IMG/VR virus record: IMGVR_UViG_3300037424_000885
Span: 1 to 38,137 of that record
DNA from: a virus
Taxonomy: Duplodnaviria > Caudoviricetes
Reading direction: 5' to 3' (one strand)
Length of the DNA: 38,137 nt
The notes under the pieces were generated by a model that was not told the DNA's origin, ran no database searches, and saw nothing but the letters and a program-made list of their open reading frames with translations. The translations under genes and the position numbers were made by a program. Positions within the stretch are counted from its first letter, which is position 1. The number at the start of each line of letters is the position of its first letter. This document shows positions 17,100 through 26,320 of this stretch, piece by piece.

Positions 17100-18113
17100 C
17101 TAGCTTTCCGGTATTATTATGGCCGTTCTCCTCAGTGTTGCAGTGTCACTGAGGGTATAATCTTCAGGATCGTTCTCGTCTATATATCCGCTTTCAGTAT
17201 CGCCCTGATCCTCAAGTGTGGTACTACTTCCAGAATCAGTAATTTCAATGGTAGAAACAGAGCCTTGAATGTTGTCCCCGTCGTTATCTTGAAAATAATT
17301 CCAGCCTTGGTGTTGCACGTAAGTTCCAGTACTAAGACCGATGGCCCCTACAGCCGAATGATTTGTGATTCTATTTCCCAACAGCGTAACAGTATAACTA
17401 GACAGGAGTATTCCGCCCGCAATGTTTCCATTAACTACACAGTTAATGATAGCGCCATAATGGCCAGTATTGTTTATACCGTAGTTACCATTTTTATCTA
17501 GAATACACCCCATTACCAACTGGTGCAAAGTGGATGATCCACCAGCCAGTTGTAACCCATGAGAGAGGTTGTCTCTAAACCTGCAAAAATAAAACGAAAC
17601 AACAGCGGAGGCGATATTCGCCCCGATAGCACCATTAGAATGAAAGATACACTGAAAAAAAACAAAGCAGCGAGCATCGCTGTTGCAATATACTCCGCTT
17701 CCGCCATTGTTATTAAAACTACAGTTTGTAAAATGACACGAATAAATAGCAGTAATTGGGGCGTTATAGACACCAGTGCTCGTGGCGTTTTTAAATTCAA
17801 TATTAGCAAAAAGTATGCGATACTGTTTAATTCTGCCACAATAGGTAGATGTACTATTTCCATCAAGAACATAACGGGTACCATCTTCCACCCCAGAAGA
17901 ATTACACCCTACAAATCGAATAAATCCAGTGGACGGACTACCGGCGTTGGTATCCCAGTCTATTGCTGCGGTTAATGTCTCTGTTCCACGACAGTAGACA
18001 GTCTCGCCAGCAACAGCTGTATCAGCAGCAGTCTGTAGGGTTGTCCAAGCGTCTGTCCAACTAGTCCCGTTGTTTGCCCCAGTAGCGGCGGGGTCAACAT
18101 AATAGTCAGCCAT
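17100..18113 (-). CDS. right-handed parallel beta-helix protein (tailspike/depolymerase-like)
   Basis: YYVDPAATGANNGTSWTDAWTTLQTA N-terminal motif and repeated CxFxxNxxxG rungs. Confidence 0.8.
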   Translation of the reverse strand: MADYYVDPAATGANNGTSWTDAWTTLQTAADTAVAGETVYCRGTETLTAAIDWDTNAGSPSTGFIRFVGCNSSGVEDGTRYVLDGNSTSTYCGRIKQYRILFANIEFKNATSTGVYNAPITAIYSCHFTNCSFNNNGGSGVYCNSDARCFVFFQCIFHSNGAIGANIASAVVSFYFCRFRDNLSHGLQLAGGSSTLHQLVMGCILDKNGNYGINNTGHYGAIINCVVNGNIAGGILLSSYTVTLLGNRITNHSAVGAIGLSTGTYVQHQGWNYFQDNDGDNIQGSVSTIEITDSGSSTTLEDQGDTESGYIDENDPEDYTLSDTATLRRTAIIIPES

Positions 18114-18119
18114 GACGAC

Positions 18120-18569
18120 TTACCATCCACCACTGGAAGCAAAGATCCCTGCTGCGTCGAGTTGAAGCGTGAGGGTATTACCATCAGTAACTGTCACATC
18201 CGCCGGAGAATTATCTAACAAGCTCATAGCTACAAGCTGGCTGCTGGCGACATGGTAGATAATCGCATACCGGCAGACAATACTCCCACCACTTGCAGTA
18301 AAGACAACGTCGTCAGCGTCCCATGTAGCTGTTCCAGCTGCCTCTGTCCACGTAATCCCGGTAAGCGCTTCCCCTCCGGTAGTATAACCATTTGCCGCGG
18401 CTACCTCGTCGGACAGTGCAGAATATAGATCGTCCGTCTGCGCTGGAGTTAGTGCGTCTGTGAATAGCGCACATTTAAAAACGCCAGCACCGGCATCATC
18501 TAAATCCACCGTACCATCTGCCATCTTCTCTTTAAAACTATCGTAAATTTTCCAATCATCTGCGGCCAT
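18120..18569 (-). CDS. tail-associated structural protein (paralog A)
   Basis: FKCAL...YSAL..EV...GYTTGGEAL...FTASGG...CRYAIIY. Confidence 0.65.
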   Translation of the reverse strand: MAADDWKIYDSFKEKMADGTVDLDDAGAGVFKCALFTDALTPAQTDDLYSALSDEVAAANGYTTGGEALTGITWTEAAGTATWDADDVVFTASGGSIVCRYAIIYHVASSQLVAMSLLDNSPADVTVTDGNTLTLQLDAAGIFASSGGW

Positions 18570-18646
18570 GTAAGTACCTCGTAAATTTGAGTTTAAGTTA
18601 TTCAGTTATCCACTAAAACTATGACGCCTCAATAAAACATTCATTT

Positions 18647-19144
18647 TTAAGGAAGAACAACGTCGGGAGCGGTTGCAATTATCTGACCATTATAGTTACA
18701 AACGCAACTCGCACTAGTAAGCTCTGCTATATTATTTCCTGTCCACCCCTTAGTCTGTCCATCACGGCAAACAACCTGCTTGCCATTACATAACATCAAA
18801 AACGAATGAAAGTCTGCAACACTCCAGCAGTGCCCCTCCATTAACGCTCCAATCACTTTGGTTAGATCACCACTTGACGGATTATATTCGTAGATATCCG
18901 TAGCAGTGCACACAATAGTTAACCCCTTCAGTTCAAAAACCTGGGGGTATGGAAATTCAGGTGTAGGGCTTATGCTGGAAATATCTATTTCAGTAAAATC
19001 TCCCAGCTCCACACTAGCCAATGCACCCTCAGTTGGCACCATACCATCACTCTTTACTAACGCTTGCATGTTCCGGCGATTCTTGTCTGTACTTCGCAGC
19101 CCTACAGATAGCGCTTTATTTACGGTATAGTTGTATTCTCTCAT
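18647..19144 (-). CDS. tail protein, probable N-terminal part of a nozzle/stabilization protein
   Basis: Beta-blade-like segments (WSVADFHSFLMLCNG, CNYNGQIIA). Follows the adaptor-region genes. Confidence 0.5.
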   Translation of the reverse strand: MREYNYTVNKALSVGLRSTDKNRRNMQALVKSDGMVPTEGALASVELGDFTEIDISSISPTPEFPYPQVFELKGLTIVCTATDIYEYNPSSGDLTKVIGALMEGHCWSVADFHSFLMLCNGKQVVCRDGQTKGWTGNNIAELTSASCVCNYNGQIIATAPDVVLP

Positions 19145-19518
19145 AACTCGCCTATTGTGTCGTCGAGGTCACTAAGGCGATTACGTCTCGGTTCGGCATT
19201 TCCAAGGGTTCGAGTCCCCTTAAGCACTTCTCGTGAACGTCCTGCCACACGTGAAAGAATTTTTTCAAAGCTTGCGCCTGGGTTCTCGTGTTCAACCTGT
19301 TCCATTATCTCGCCAACGAGCTTCTTGTGTTGCACCAAATCCTTGTTTTCTTCATAAAATTTTTTGCTCGTTTCGTGCATAGTCGCACTACGTCTAATCA
19401 GGTTTTCATTTACCAGAGGAAGAGTTTTCATCGACTCCTGTATTATAAAATTAGCAAATTCCTCGTATGCCGACAGCTCACCTTTTTGCATTCTCGCGAC
19501 TAAACTTTCGTCAATCAT
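19141..19518 (-). CDS. hypothetical virion-operon protein, resembling the scaffold C-terminal region
   Basis: ATGA-coupled on both sides. KFYEENKDLVQHKKLVGEIMEQVEHENPG resembles scaffold NFYRENKDLAAVKKTVGAITQTLGTENPE. Confidence 0.65.
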   Translation of the reverse strand: MIDESLVARMQKGELSAYEEFANFIIQESMKTLPLVNENLIRRSATMHETSKKFYEENKDLVQHKKLVGEIMEQVEHENPGASFEKILSRVAGRSREVLKGTRTLGNAEPRRNRLSDLDDTIGEL

Positions 19519-20165
19519 CCGTTCATCTCCTCCACTAAGGTTGCATCGCTTTCTACTGTGTCCTTTTCAATACCTAACAAGTCTACCCTGATAGTAGCAA
19601 GCCAATCCTTATAACCTTGAGTATTTCTGTAGGAAGCTTCCAGCATCATAAGTGAGGCATTCACAGCGATATGCTCGAAGTTACTATACCAAAAATTAGT
19701 ACCGACGTCTTCACTTGGAAAAGGCGTCTCACGACTAAACCAGACCTCGGCATTCCCTGCCGCCTCTGGTGGTGGCAAAATCACAAGCTGTTGTGCCGCC
19801 AACTGGGTGGTGTCGACAACCAGTGCATAATGCGTAGGAGTGGCATTATCTAGATCGGTATAATCTCCGTATGTACCTCTCACTTCAAACCCTGACAAGT
19901 ATTCCAGTTGCTTCATAACCCCTGCAGAATTTTTCCAGAAGACCCCATGGACTACTCTGCGAGATACAGTATCAACCAAATAATCGCCAATTTCAACAGC
20001 GGTAACTTCCCTTACAACCTCTTTATCAAAGCCCACTTCTCTGTCTAAGAATTTAAGTGCAGACTTCAAAAAGTAATCAGCACCATTGTCTGTAAAATCG
20101 TCATTTACGAGGTCATATCGTCCGCTTAGCTTTGCAAATTGTGTCCGTACTTGCAGTAAGTTCAT
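19515..20165 (-). CDS. head-tail adaptor (tail tubular protein A-like)
   Basis: GAGGAGGTG SD. 216 aa directly after the MCP. PTHY...LVILPPP motif. Confidence 0.7.
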   Translation of the reverse strand: MNLLQVRTQFAKLSGRYDLVNDDFTDNGADYFLKSALKFLDREVGFDKEVVREVTAVEIGDYLVDTVSRRVVHGVFWKNSAGVMKQLEYLSGFEVRGTYGDYTDLDNATPTHYALVVDTTQLAAQQLVILPPPEAAGNAEVWFSRETPFPSEDVGTNFWYSNFEHIAVNASLMMLEASYRNTQGYKDWLATIRVDLLGIEKDTVESDATLVEEMNG

Positions 20166-20179
20166 TTCACCTCCTCACG

Positions 20180-20210
20180 AAAAGGAGGGGAGGCTTATTC
20201 CTCCCCCCCC
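20180..20210 (-). terminator. rho-independent terminator after the major capsid gene
   Basis: Minus strand GGGGGGGAGG-AATAAG-CCTCCCCTCC-TTTT. Confidence 0.75.
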
Positions 20211-20217
20211 ATATCGG

Positions 20218-21489
20218 CTACTCTGAAACAGTGTTAAGCTGTCCAAAGCCGTTTAACCATCCCCAGCCAACAGGATGATGGTATTCAAGTCCCGCCTCAG
20301 TCAAAAACTCCTCATTTGTCGCATCCAAGGTATTAGAGCTTGAGCGGTCAATAAATTGAGTATCATCAATGAAGCGATACTTAAGATTCTTAGGCTCAAA
20401 AACCAACATTGAGTTTCGAGTAGTTGGGTCATAACTGAACAGTGGGTGTAGTTTCAAGTAGATAGTGCCAAAAGGCGTGATCCACTCCATCACTTTTAGC
20501 CCGTAGGCAATCGTGGTCGGCTGGAGTTGAATCTGTCCACTTGATTTTGCTAGGCGGTTAATTGCCAGCGCTGTGCCACTTCCGATAAAAGCAAGTTTCT
20601 CACCACCATACCGGAATATTTCTTCCAACTTAGAATCCAACCAGGCTTCACCACTGGTCAACCAGGCATCTGCGGCATAGTTTGTGTCGGTAACATAGTT
20701 TCCAGTAACGCCACCATCCTTCGTTGCAGCAATAATACCACCGGTGGTACGCTCTGGCTGTCCATTGTCTCCAGTATTCTCACTACGAATACCAAATAGC
20801 CAAGCCTTCTCCTGTTCGATACCATGAATTTCAAGTGCCTCACGCTTCATTTCCTTGTAAGTATCACCAGTACGCACTCGCGTCTTCCGTGCGGTTCTCG
20901 TAATGCTCAGAGGTGTTCTGAAAATCTGCGTGTAATTATACCATTTAACTGGGTCGTAAGAAATTGCGGAAGGCATTGATGCACCCTCAGCATTGATATT
21001 ACCAACAACAAGTATTCTGTCACAGTCGCTCAGATCATAACTAGCTGAATTGTCGTCTGCTTCTAAAAGTTTACACGAAATCTGGGAACTCTCGCCATTC
21101 AGAATAACCCCGGTAACTTTCACGTTAACATCAACATCCAAGTCACTAGAGTATCGAAGGAGTGCTTGATGACCAGCACGAAACTCCGAGGCCGTCGCTT
21201 CAGCTGTCTTGATATAAAGAGTAGTTCCGGTAACACCACTATCCACGTATGCTGAGGTCATAGCCGCATCAGTATAAACATTTGTTACGGCACCACCCTG
21301 GGTGGCTAATGTCTTCGTCCACCAATTAAACTCTGGATCAGTTGTTCGTTCTTTTCCCATCTGAGATAAAATACCAGTCAGTGGGACGCTTCCATTTGGA
21401 TAGAGATATAAAATCGTCTCGCGCCAATTCTTAGGCCGCTGGCCATCCACCCAGTCGCCATTGCCACGCATTCCTAAAGTTACAGTCAT
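20218..21489 (-). CDS. major capsid protein (DUF5309/SU10-like, HK97 fold)
   Basis: NYTQIFRT...SITRTA, EQEKAWLFG, RTTGGI and TPFGTI motifs. Followed by a terminator. Confidence 0.9.
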   Translation of the reverse strand: MTVTLGMRGNGDWVDGQRPKNWRETILYLYPNGSVPLTGILSQMGKERTTDPEFNWWTKTLATQGGAVTNVYTDAAMTSAYVDSGVTGTTLYIKTAEATASEFRAGHQALLRYSSDLDVDVNVKVTGVILNGESSQISCKLLEADDNSASYDLSDCDRILVVGNINAEGASMPSAISYDPVKWYNYTQIFRTPLSITRTARKTRVRTGDTYKEMKREALEIHGIEQEKAWLFGIRSENTGDNGQPERTTGGIIAATKDGGVTGNYVTDTNYAADAWLTSGEAWLDSKLEEIFRYGGEKLAFIGSGTALAINRLAKSSGQIQLQPTTIAYGLKVMEWITPFGTIYLKLHPLFSYDPTTRNSMLVFEPKNLKYRFIDDTQFIDRSSSNTLDATNEEFLTEAGLEYHHPVGWGWLNGFGQLNTVSE

Positions 21490-21519
21490 GTCGTTTCTCC
21501 TATTTTTGTAAAATTATAA

Positions 21520-22614
21520 TTAGGTTCCGCTAAAAGGCGTTGCAGGGTTTGAGCCAGTAGGACATTGCAGTTGGCCAACCACACACCATTTATCTGTTGC
21601 CATATCAATAAGACGTATCCAGTCACCTACTGCACCACCGGTGGTAGTTCCGTTTAAGGTGATAAGGTCGTCTGTAGAAGCTGGGGCATAAGCAGATTGT
21701 GCGGCTGCGTCCAAGTCAAGAATATTGACACTTCCGTAGAAGCCACAATCCGTTGTATCTGCCGTTTTTATCACATTTCCACTGGTATTAACCTCGTTTA
21801 TTACTATCTCGTAGACTGCACCGCTTCCAGTAGCTTCTGGAAGGGTATAAATAGCAGCATCCGTACCAGTAACAATAAGCTTTTTACCTTCATGCAGTGC
21901 CTCTGTGATAGCTGCAGTCGCTGTCAGGCTTACAGCGTTTGCTGAGACATCACACTTACGGTCAATTTCTGCAGCTGTTGCAGCAGCTACTACGCCATCA
22001 TTGCCAGCACTTGTTAACAATATATTGGCAGTTGATGCACCCGGGTCAGGGACGCTCACTACAGTTGCTTGCCCCATTGCCTCGGCTTGCAAGGTTACCG
22101 CTGTGTCTCCATCCTGATCAGCGCATAGGATAATCAGTTTTCCGCTGCTTGCTGTACTAGGAAAAACATCCACTGAGCCTGCCGCCCCGCTTGCTCCGGC
22201 ATCAATGTCGCCACCGTCCACCGCCAAGTCACCAGTAATAGTAAGGTCGTCACCTATTACCAAATCTGCGGTACCTGCACCAGAAAGAGGTGCCCAACCC
22301 ACACCAGTAGAATATAGTACGGCATAGTCTCCAGCAGAAGCCAGGGTTATGTCTCCCATTCCTGCATCATTGGACTTATCCTGAATAGTTACCGTACCAG
22401 TACCTACAGCAACCAGCCGAACAACAAACAGCCCACCGGTGGCCTCTGAAACACTGGGAAGAGTTATAGTGCTTGAATTCGTAGACGTTATCGTGACCTC
22501 TACGACAGAATCACGTACAGTCATAGTAAGGTTCTCGTCACTTACGTGTTGGCGCAGATCGGAAACACTCTCGTTTTCTTCCCGGCGGCGTCTTCCACCT
22601 ATTCCATGTGTCAT
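21520..22614 (-). CDS. putative capsid decoration/head fibre protein
   Basis: Beta-rich, Thr/Ala/Gly-rich. Two similar xTLPxxxxxG...W modules (ITLPSVSEATG, YTLPEATGSG). Lies between scaffold and MCP. Confidence 0.55.
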   Translation of the reverse strand: MTHGIGGRRRREENESVSDLRQHVSDENLTMTVRDSVVEVTITSTNSSTITLPSVSEATGGLFVVRLVAVGTGTVTIQDKSNDAGMGDITLASAGDYAVLYSTGVGWAPLSGAGTADLVIGDDLTITGDLAVDGGDIDAGASGAAGSVDVFPSTASSGKLIILCADQDGDTAVTLQAEAMGQATVVSVPDPGASTANILLTSAGNDGVVAAATAAEIDRKCDVSANAVSLTATAAITEALHEGKKLIVTGTDAAIYTLPEATGSGAVYEIVINEVNTSGNVIKTADTTDCGFYGSVNILDLDAAAQSAYAPASTDDLITLNGTTTGGAVGDWIRLIDMATDKWCVVGQLQCPTGSNPATPFSGT

Positions 22615-22627
22615 TTTTTATTCCTCC

Positions 22628-23554
22628 TCAAAATTCTAAAAGTTCATTTATTTGTTTCTGCACTTTAGAGAGCTTAGGATTAGGCCCTCTCGTTCGCTTC
22701 CCCTTTACCCGTGGAGAAACAGGCTTACTATTCCGCTTGACAGTCTTCCCTTTAGTGGGCTTACCGGGATCAGGGATCCCAAGTAAGCTACGGGTTTTGA
22801 TAGCAGCTTCTTGCAAAAGCTTCTCCATACCCATTTCAGGATTCTCTGTTCCAAGCGTCTGAGTAATAGCCCCAACGGTTTTCTTTACGGCTGCTAGGTC
22901 TTTGTTCTCCCGATAGAAGTTATCGACAAGCGCCCGAACATCTAATACCTGTTCAGTGCGTTGGTTAATAACCGTGGGTAATTCAGCACGTAATCCGTCT
23001 ATAGTAGATTGGCGAGTATGGTCGACCACTTTTTGCATCATCTCCACAAACAACGTGGGATCTTCGTTCATTTCTGCAAAATCTATTTCGCCAATCAGGT
23101 CTGCAAGACTCGCTGGCGTGGTCTCACCATCGCCTTGAGCCGCAGTTTTTTCTTTTATGGAAGTCATTCCTAACGATTCAGCAACGCCCTTTTCAATTAA
23201 AGCGAGGAGTTCTTTGTTGGACTTTTTAAGTCTTCCCAATTCAGTTTCGTCCTCGTCCGTCTCTTCGTCGGCTGTAGAATCATCATCATCGGTTTCGTCT
23301 GCATCATCTTCTATTTCTGTGTCTGCTTCTTCGTGGTCATCATCTTCTTCCTCTTCCCCTGCATCAGGATCTCCTTCATCTACATCGGCGTCTTCTTCTT
23401 CTCCTTCTTCTACAGCAGTTTCGTCTGTCTCTTCCTCAAAATTTTCTTCAGTTGATAACTCAAGAAAATCCTGGATTTCTTCGCCCATATCTATGGTGTT
23501 ACTATCTTCTTGTTCCAGCGCTTCATCGTTGTAATCAAAGTCTTTTGGATTCAT
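22628..23554 (-). CDS. capsid scaffolding protein
   Basis: Very acidic N-terminus, helical middle, basic C-terminus. Upstream of the MCP. Confidence 0.8.
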   Translation of the reverse strand: MNPKDFDYNDEALEQEDSNTIDMGEEIQDFLELSTEENFEEETDETAVEEGEEEDADVDEGDPDAGEEEEDDDHEEADTEIEDDADETDDDDSTADEETDEDETELGRLKKSNKELLALIEKGVAESLGMTSIKEKTAAQGDGETTPASLADLIGEIDFAEMNEDPTLFVEMMQKVVDHTRQSTIDGLRAELPTVINQRTEQVLDVRALVDNFYRENKDLAAVKKTVGAITQTLGTENPEMGMEKLLQEAAIKTRSLLGIPDPGKPTKGKTVKRNSKPVSPRVKGKRTRGPNPKLSKVQKQINELLEF

Positions 23555-24117
23555 GGATTACTCCCTAAAAATTGATTGATTATTCCCTGTTCAAAAAGGT
23601 CAGCCTCTTTATTCCTACGAGTAGGATATTTATCTTTAAAATTACGTAGGTTATTTAGCGCCTCGTCGTACCTTTTGTTTGTCATTTGCTGCCAAAAGTT
23701 CATTTTTTCAAGTGCCCCAGTTCCATATTGGTAATTAACACTTGCCAGAACTGTCTGAAATTCTGGTGGAAGATCCTCAAATTTAACGCTGGAACTTGCG
23801 TTGAATTTTTTAGCAAGGGCATTTACACTACTATCAAATATTAAAGAATTAAGCTCTTGTACCTGTTCTGGCGCAAGCTTTAGAGGGTTTTGTTGCAAAT
23901 AGTTTTTTGCTTGAGAACCCACTTTACCAAGATAAGGGGTTACCAACTTGATCGTTTCAGGAGAGACGCCAAGTTTTGTAAGTCCCTGGACATCTTTGCT
24001 AGACAAATCCACCCCTGTTCCAATTGTTACTCCACTGTTATCAGAGGGTACGTACCCTGCAAGTTCCGACCCTTCTAATTTTTCCAAAAATCCATAGTTA
24101 ATATTAGGACTAGCCAT
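23551..24117 (-). CDS. pesticin C-terminal-like muramidase (lysozyme)
   Basis: FLEKLEG..GYVP...SGVTIGTGVDL, VLASVNYQYG and YPTRRNKEADL motifs. Likely start MASPNI at 24117. Confidence 0.85.
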   Translation of the reverse strand: MASPNINYGFLEKLEGSELAGYVPSDNSGVTIGTGVDLSSKDVQGLTKLGVSPETIKLVTPYLGKVGSQAKNYLQQNPLKLAPEQVQELNSLIFDSSVNALAKKFNASSSVKFEDLPPEFQTVLASVNYQYGTGALEKMNFWQQMTNKRYDEALNNLRNFKDKYPTRRNKEADLFEQGIINQFLGSNP

Positions 24118-24355
24118 CAACTTGCTCGCTATATTTAGCATAGTCAATAACAACATCAGGCCAAACAATAATTTCTCGTAACGCATCTACTCTCCCTCTA
24201 TGACGCTCGTCTTCTGCGGAACCCTTTTCCAGTAAATCCCGCAGGTCTTCAATCATCATATTTATTTCACGTCTCATCTCTTTCCAGCCCTCGCTCTCAG
24301 CAAGGCGCTTAACTGCCTGAACGTTCACTTCGCTCACATAGTCTTTGGTCTCCAT
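24110..24355 (-). CDS. small portal-adjacent head assembly protein
   Basis: 81 aa, helical, SEGW...RGRVDALR..WPD pattern. Immediately after the portal gene. Confidence 0.65.
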   Translation of the reverse strand: METKDYVSEVNVQAVKRLAESEGWKEMRREINMMIEDLRDLLEKGSAEDERHRGRVDALREIIVWPDVVIDYAKYSEQVDG

Positions 24356-26320
24356 TTAAGCTCCTTCTATTGGCACATAGTTTCCACGTTGAGCTTGAAT
24401 CTCGGCATTCTGGTCAGTAGTTGTGCTTACCTTTGGCATCACACGCCGTTCAAAATCCGATACATTTTTAGCCCCCAAGTTTGTAGCAATATGCTTAAAA
24501 ACTTTCACCATATCGAACTGTTGCATAAGTTCAGGGTTCCCCGTTATTATCTGATACAACTGGATCCAAGACTGTGAAAAATTTCCACCAGGAATACTGC
24601 CGTCACGTATCAGTACTTCATAATTAAGCACCATGTCAAATGGGTTTACGGGTATTGGCTCATTCACTACTCCATATTCCTGGGCTATAATGTCCGGCCA
24701 ATTTCCTACAGTTTGAATATATGTCTCCTTCTCCATAAATTGCTGGACATTGTTAGCAAACATACGGGCAATATCCTGCATAGCTTGGTAGGAAGATATC
24801 CTAGCCACCCTTTCCAAGCGACTAACCGCACCACTCATAGTCCCTTGAAACTCTGCAGTAGTAAGGCGTTCGGGGCCTCCCTGTCGTAAGTTGCCCATAA
24901 CTGGGTTGTCCGTTCCACTTAACATCCGCATAAGTTGAGAAATAACACCGGCATCGACCATATTTCCACGAGTTACATCACTCACATTAAACTGTTGGAC
25001 AGCATTTTTCACTCCCTGCCCCCAGGCAGGACGCCGCATGCGTATCAGTTTCCCTGGTCTAGGATCTTTAAGGTCGTTTATGTTTACAAGGAACGGGTCA
25101 ACCAGGAACATATCGTTCATGGCTTTGCGCACATTTGCTATGTGTGAATTAAACAGCCAATTAAGAACCGTCTGCATGCCGTCCATTACCTCTAGGCGGC
25201 TTATTGGCATACCAGAGTATCCATCATATTCACTAGCGCAAACGGCTACGTTAAAGCGATCATCTAACCCTTCAGACGGTCTGGCCTTTATAATCACTGA
25301 ATCTCCGGCCAACTCAAAATACCAAGTTTCTGGATATTCACCTTTACCAAGATTCCACTCGCGAGGAATCAACTTTACATACATAGAAATAATGTCAACA
25401 TTGTTAGCGTTGGTGTTTTCATTAAACGACCTGTCAGTCGCCTTGGTCTTTTTCCCTCGACGATTATTTTCATTTGTAATGATCGACGTCTCAGCTATCC
25501 GCAAGTGTTTGATATAACGGGCATTAAACATGTCAATATCAGTCTTTTCCGTAGAAAGTACGTCCATCAAGTTAGTGCGACTCAACCAACCGACGAATTC
25601 CCCATCGTCCACTTTGTCAACCGGGACATTCGGGTCTGGTAAATAGTTGTATGGATCTATATTTTCCAGTGCATTGCCTTCATGAACGACCTGCTCCACC
25701 ATATTTATTTCTTGCCCAGCAATTATCGGTCGGTTAAAAAGGCCAGTGCCAAGAATATCACTAACAACTGGCCGTCTACCCATGCGCACTTTCCATGAAG
25801 GGACTGCCACGCCAAGACCATAAGCAAAATTGTCACGAAACATCGTGTGGATTGCCAGCGGAACTTTGTTGTACTCACAATGTTGCTGCACTACTTTTTG
25901 CAAAAGAATAGCCTTCACTGTGTCAGCAGGACTGAAACCAACATAGCGAAACATAGGATCCTGGAAAAAGGCCATAACCATATACGACAACATTGTCTCC
26001 AAAATGGCATATGAGTTTGGATAGACAATAGATACAGGCTTGCGCCCGTCCTCGTCCTGAACGTCTTCCTCCTCATCGGTAAGGTCAATGTAGGTTGTAA
26101 GTGTCTCGTCGACACGATTCCACGAGCTGAAACGCTTTGATATGGAACTGTGCGCGTCACTTGCACGTTGCCATATGGCATTCACTAGGGACTCGTGAAG
26201 CTTACTGCCAGGCTTCAGATCCAAGCCGTCCGGGTAGTCGTAGTCGTAACTTTTTCCTGTAAGCTGTTGAGTGCGTTCAGAACGATTTGTGCGTAAAGCT
26301 CCTTGTATGATTGCTGGCAC
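24356..26320 (-). CDS. portal protein
   Basis: About 655 aa directly after TerL (TAGTG overlap, GTG start 26320). YGLGVA, IDPYNYLPDP and TTAE motifs of podoviral portals. Confidence 0.85.
   Translation of the reverse strand: MPAIIQGALRTNRSERTQQLTGKSYDYDYPDGLDLKPGSKLHESLVNAIWQRASDAHSSISKRFSSWNRVDETLTTYIDLTDEEEDVQDEDGRKPVSIVYPNSYAILETMLSYMVMAFFQDPMFRYVGFSPADTVKAILLQKVVQQHCEYNKVPLAIHTMFRDNFAYGLGVAVPSWKVRMGRRPVVSDILGTGLFNRPIIAGQEINMVEQVVHEGNALENIDPYNYLPDPNVPVDKVDDGEFVGWLSRTNLMDVLSTEKTDIDMFNARYIKHLRIAETSIITNENNRRGKKTKATDRSFNENTNANNVDIISMYVKLIPREWNLGKGEYPETWYFELAGDSVIIKARPSEGLDDRFNVAVCASEYDGYSGMPISRLEVMDGMQTVLNWLFNSHIANVRKAMNDMFLVDPFLVNINDLKDPRPGKLIRMRRPAWGQGVKNAVQQFNVSDVTRGNMVDAGVISQLMRMLSGTDNPVMGNLRQGGPERLTTAEFQGTMSGAVSRLERVARISSYQAMQDIARMFANNVQQFMEKETYIQTVGNWPDIIAQEYGVVNEPIPVNPFDMVLNYEVLIRDGSIPGGNFSQSWIQLYQIITGNPELMQQFDMVKVFKHIATNLGAKNVSDFERRVMPKVSTTTDQNAEIQAQRGNYVPIEGA

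Noticed and set aside
23157-23534. Ser-rich 125-aa plus-strand ORF
   Set aside because: Reverse complement of the Glu/Asp-rich scaffold segment.
24118-24186. Apparent signal-anchor N-terminus on the muramidase (SAR-endolysin-like)
   Set aside because: This extension overlaps the upstream 81-aa gene by about 75 bp, and ATG 24117 gives normal coupling. Not fully excluded.
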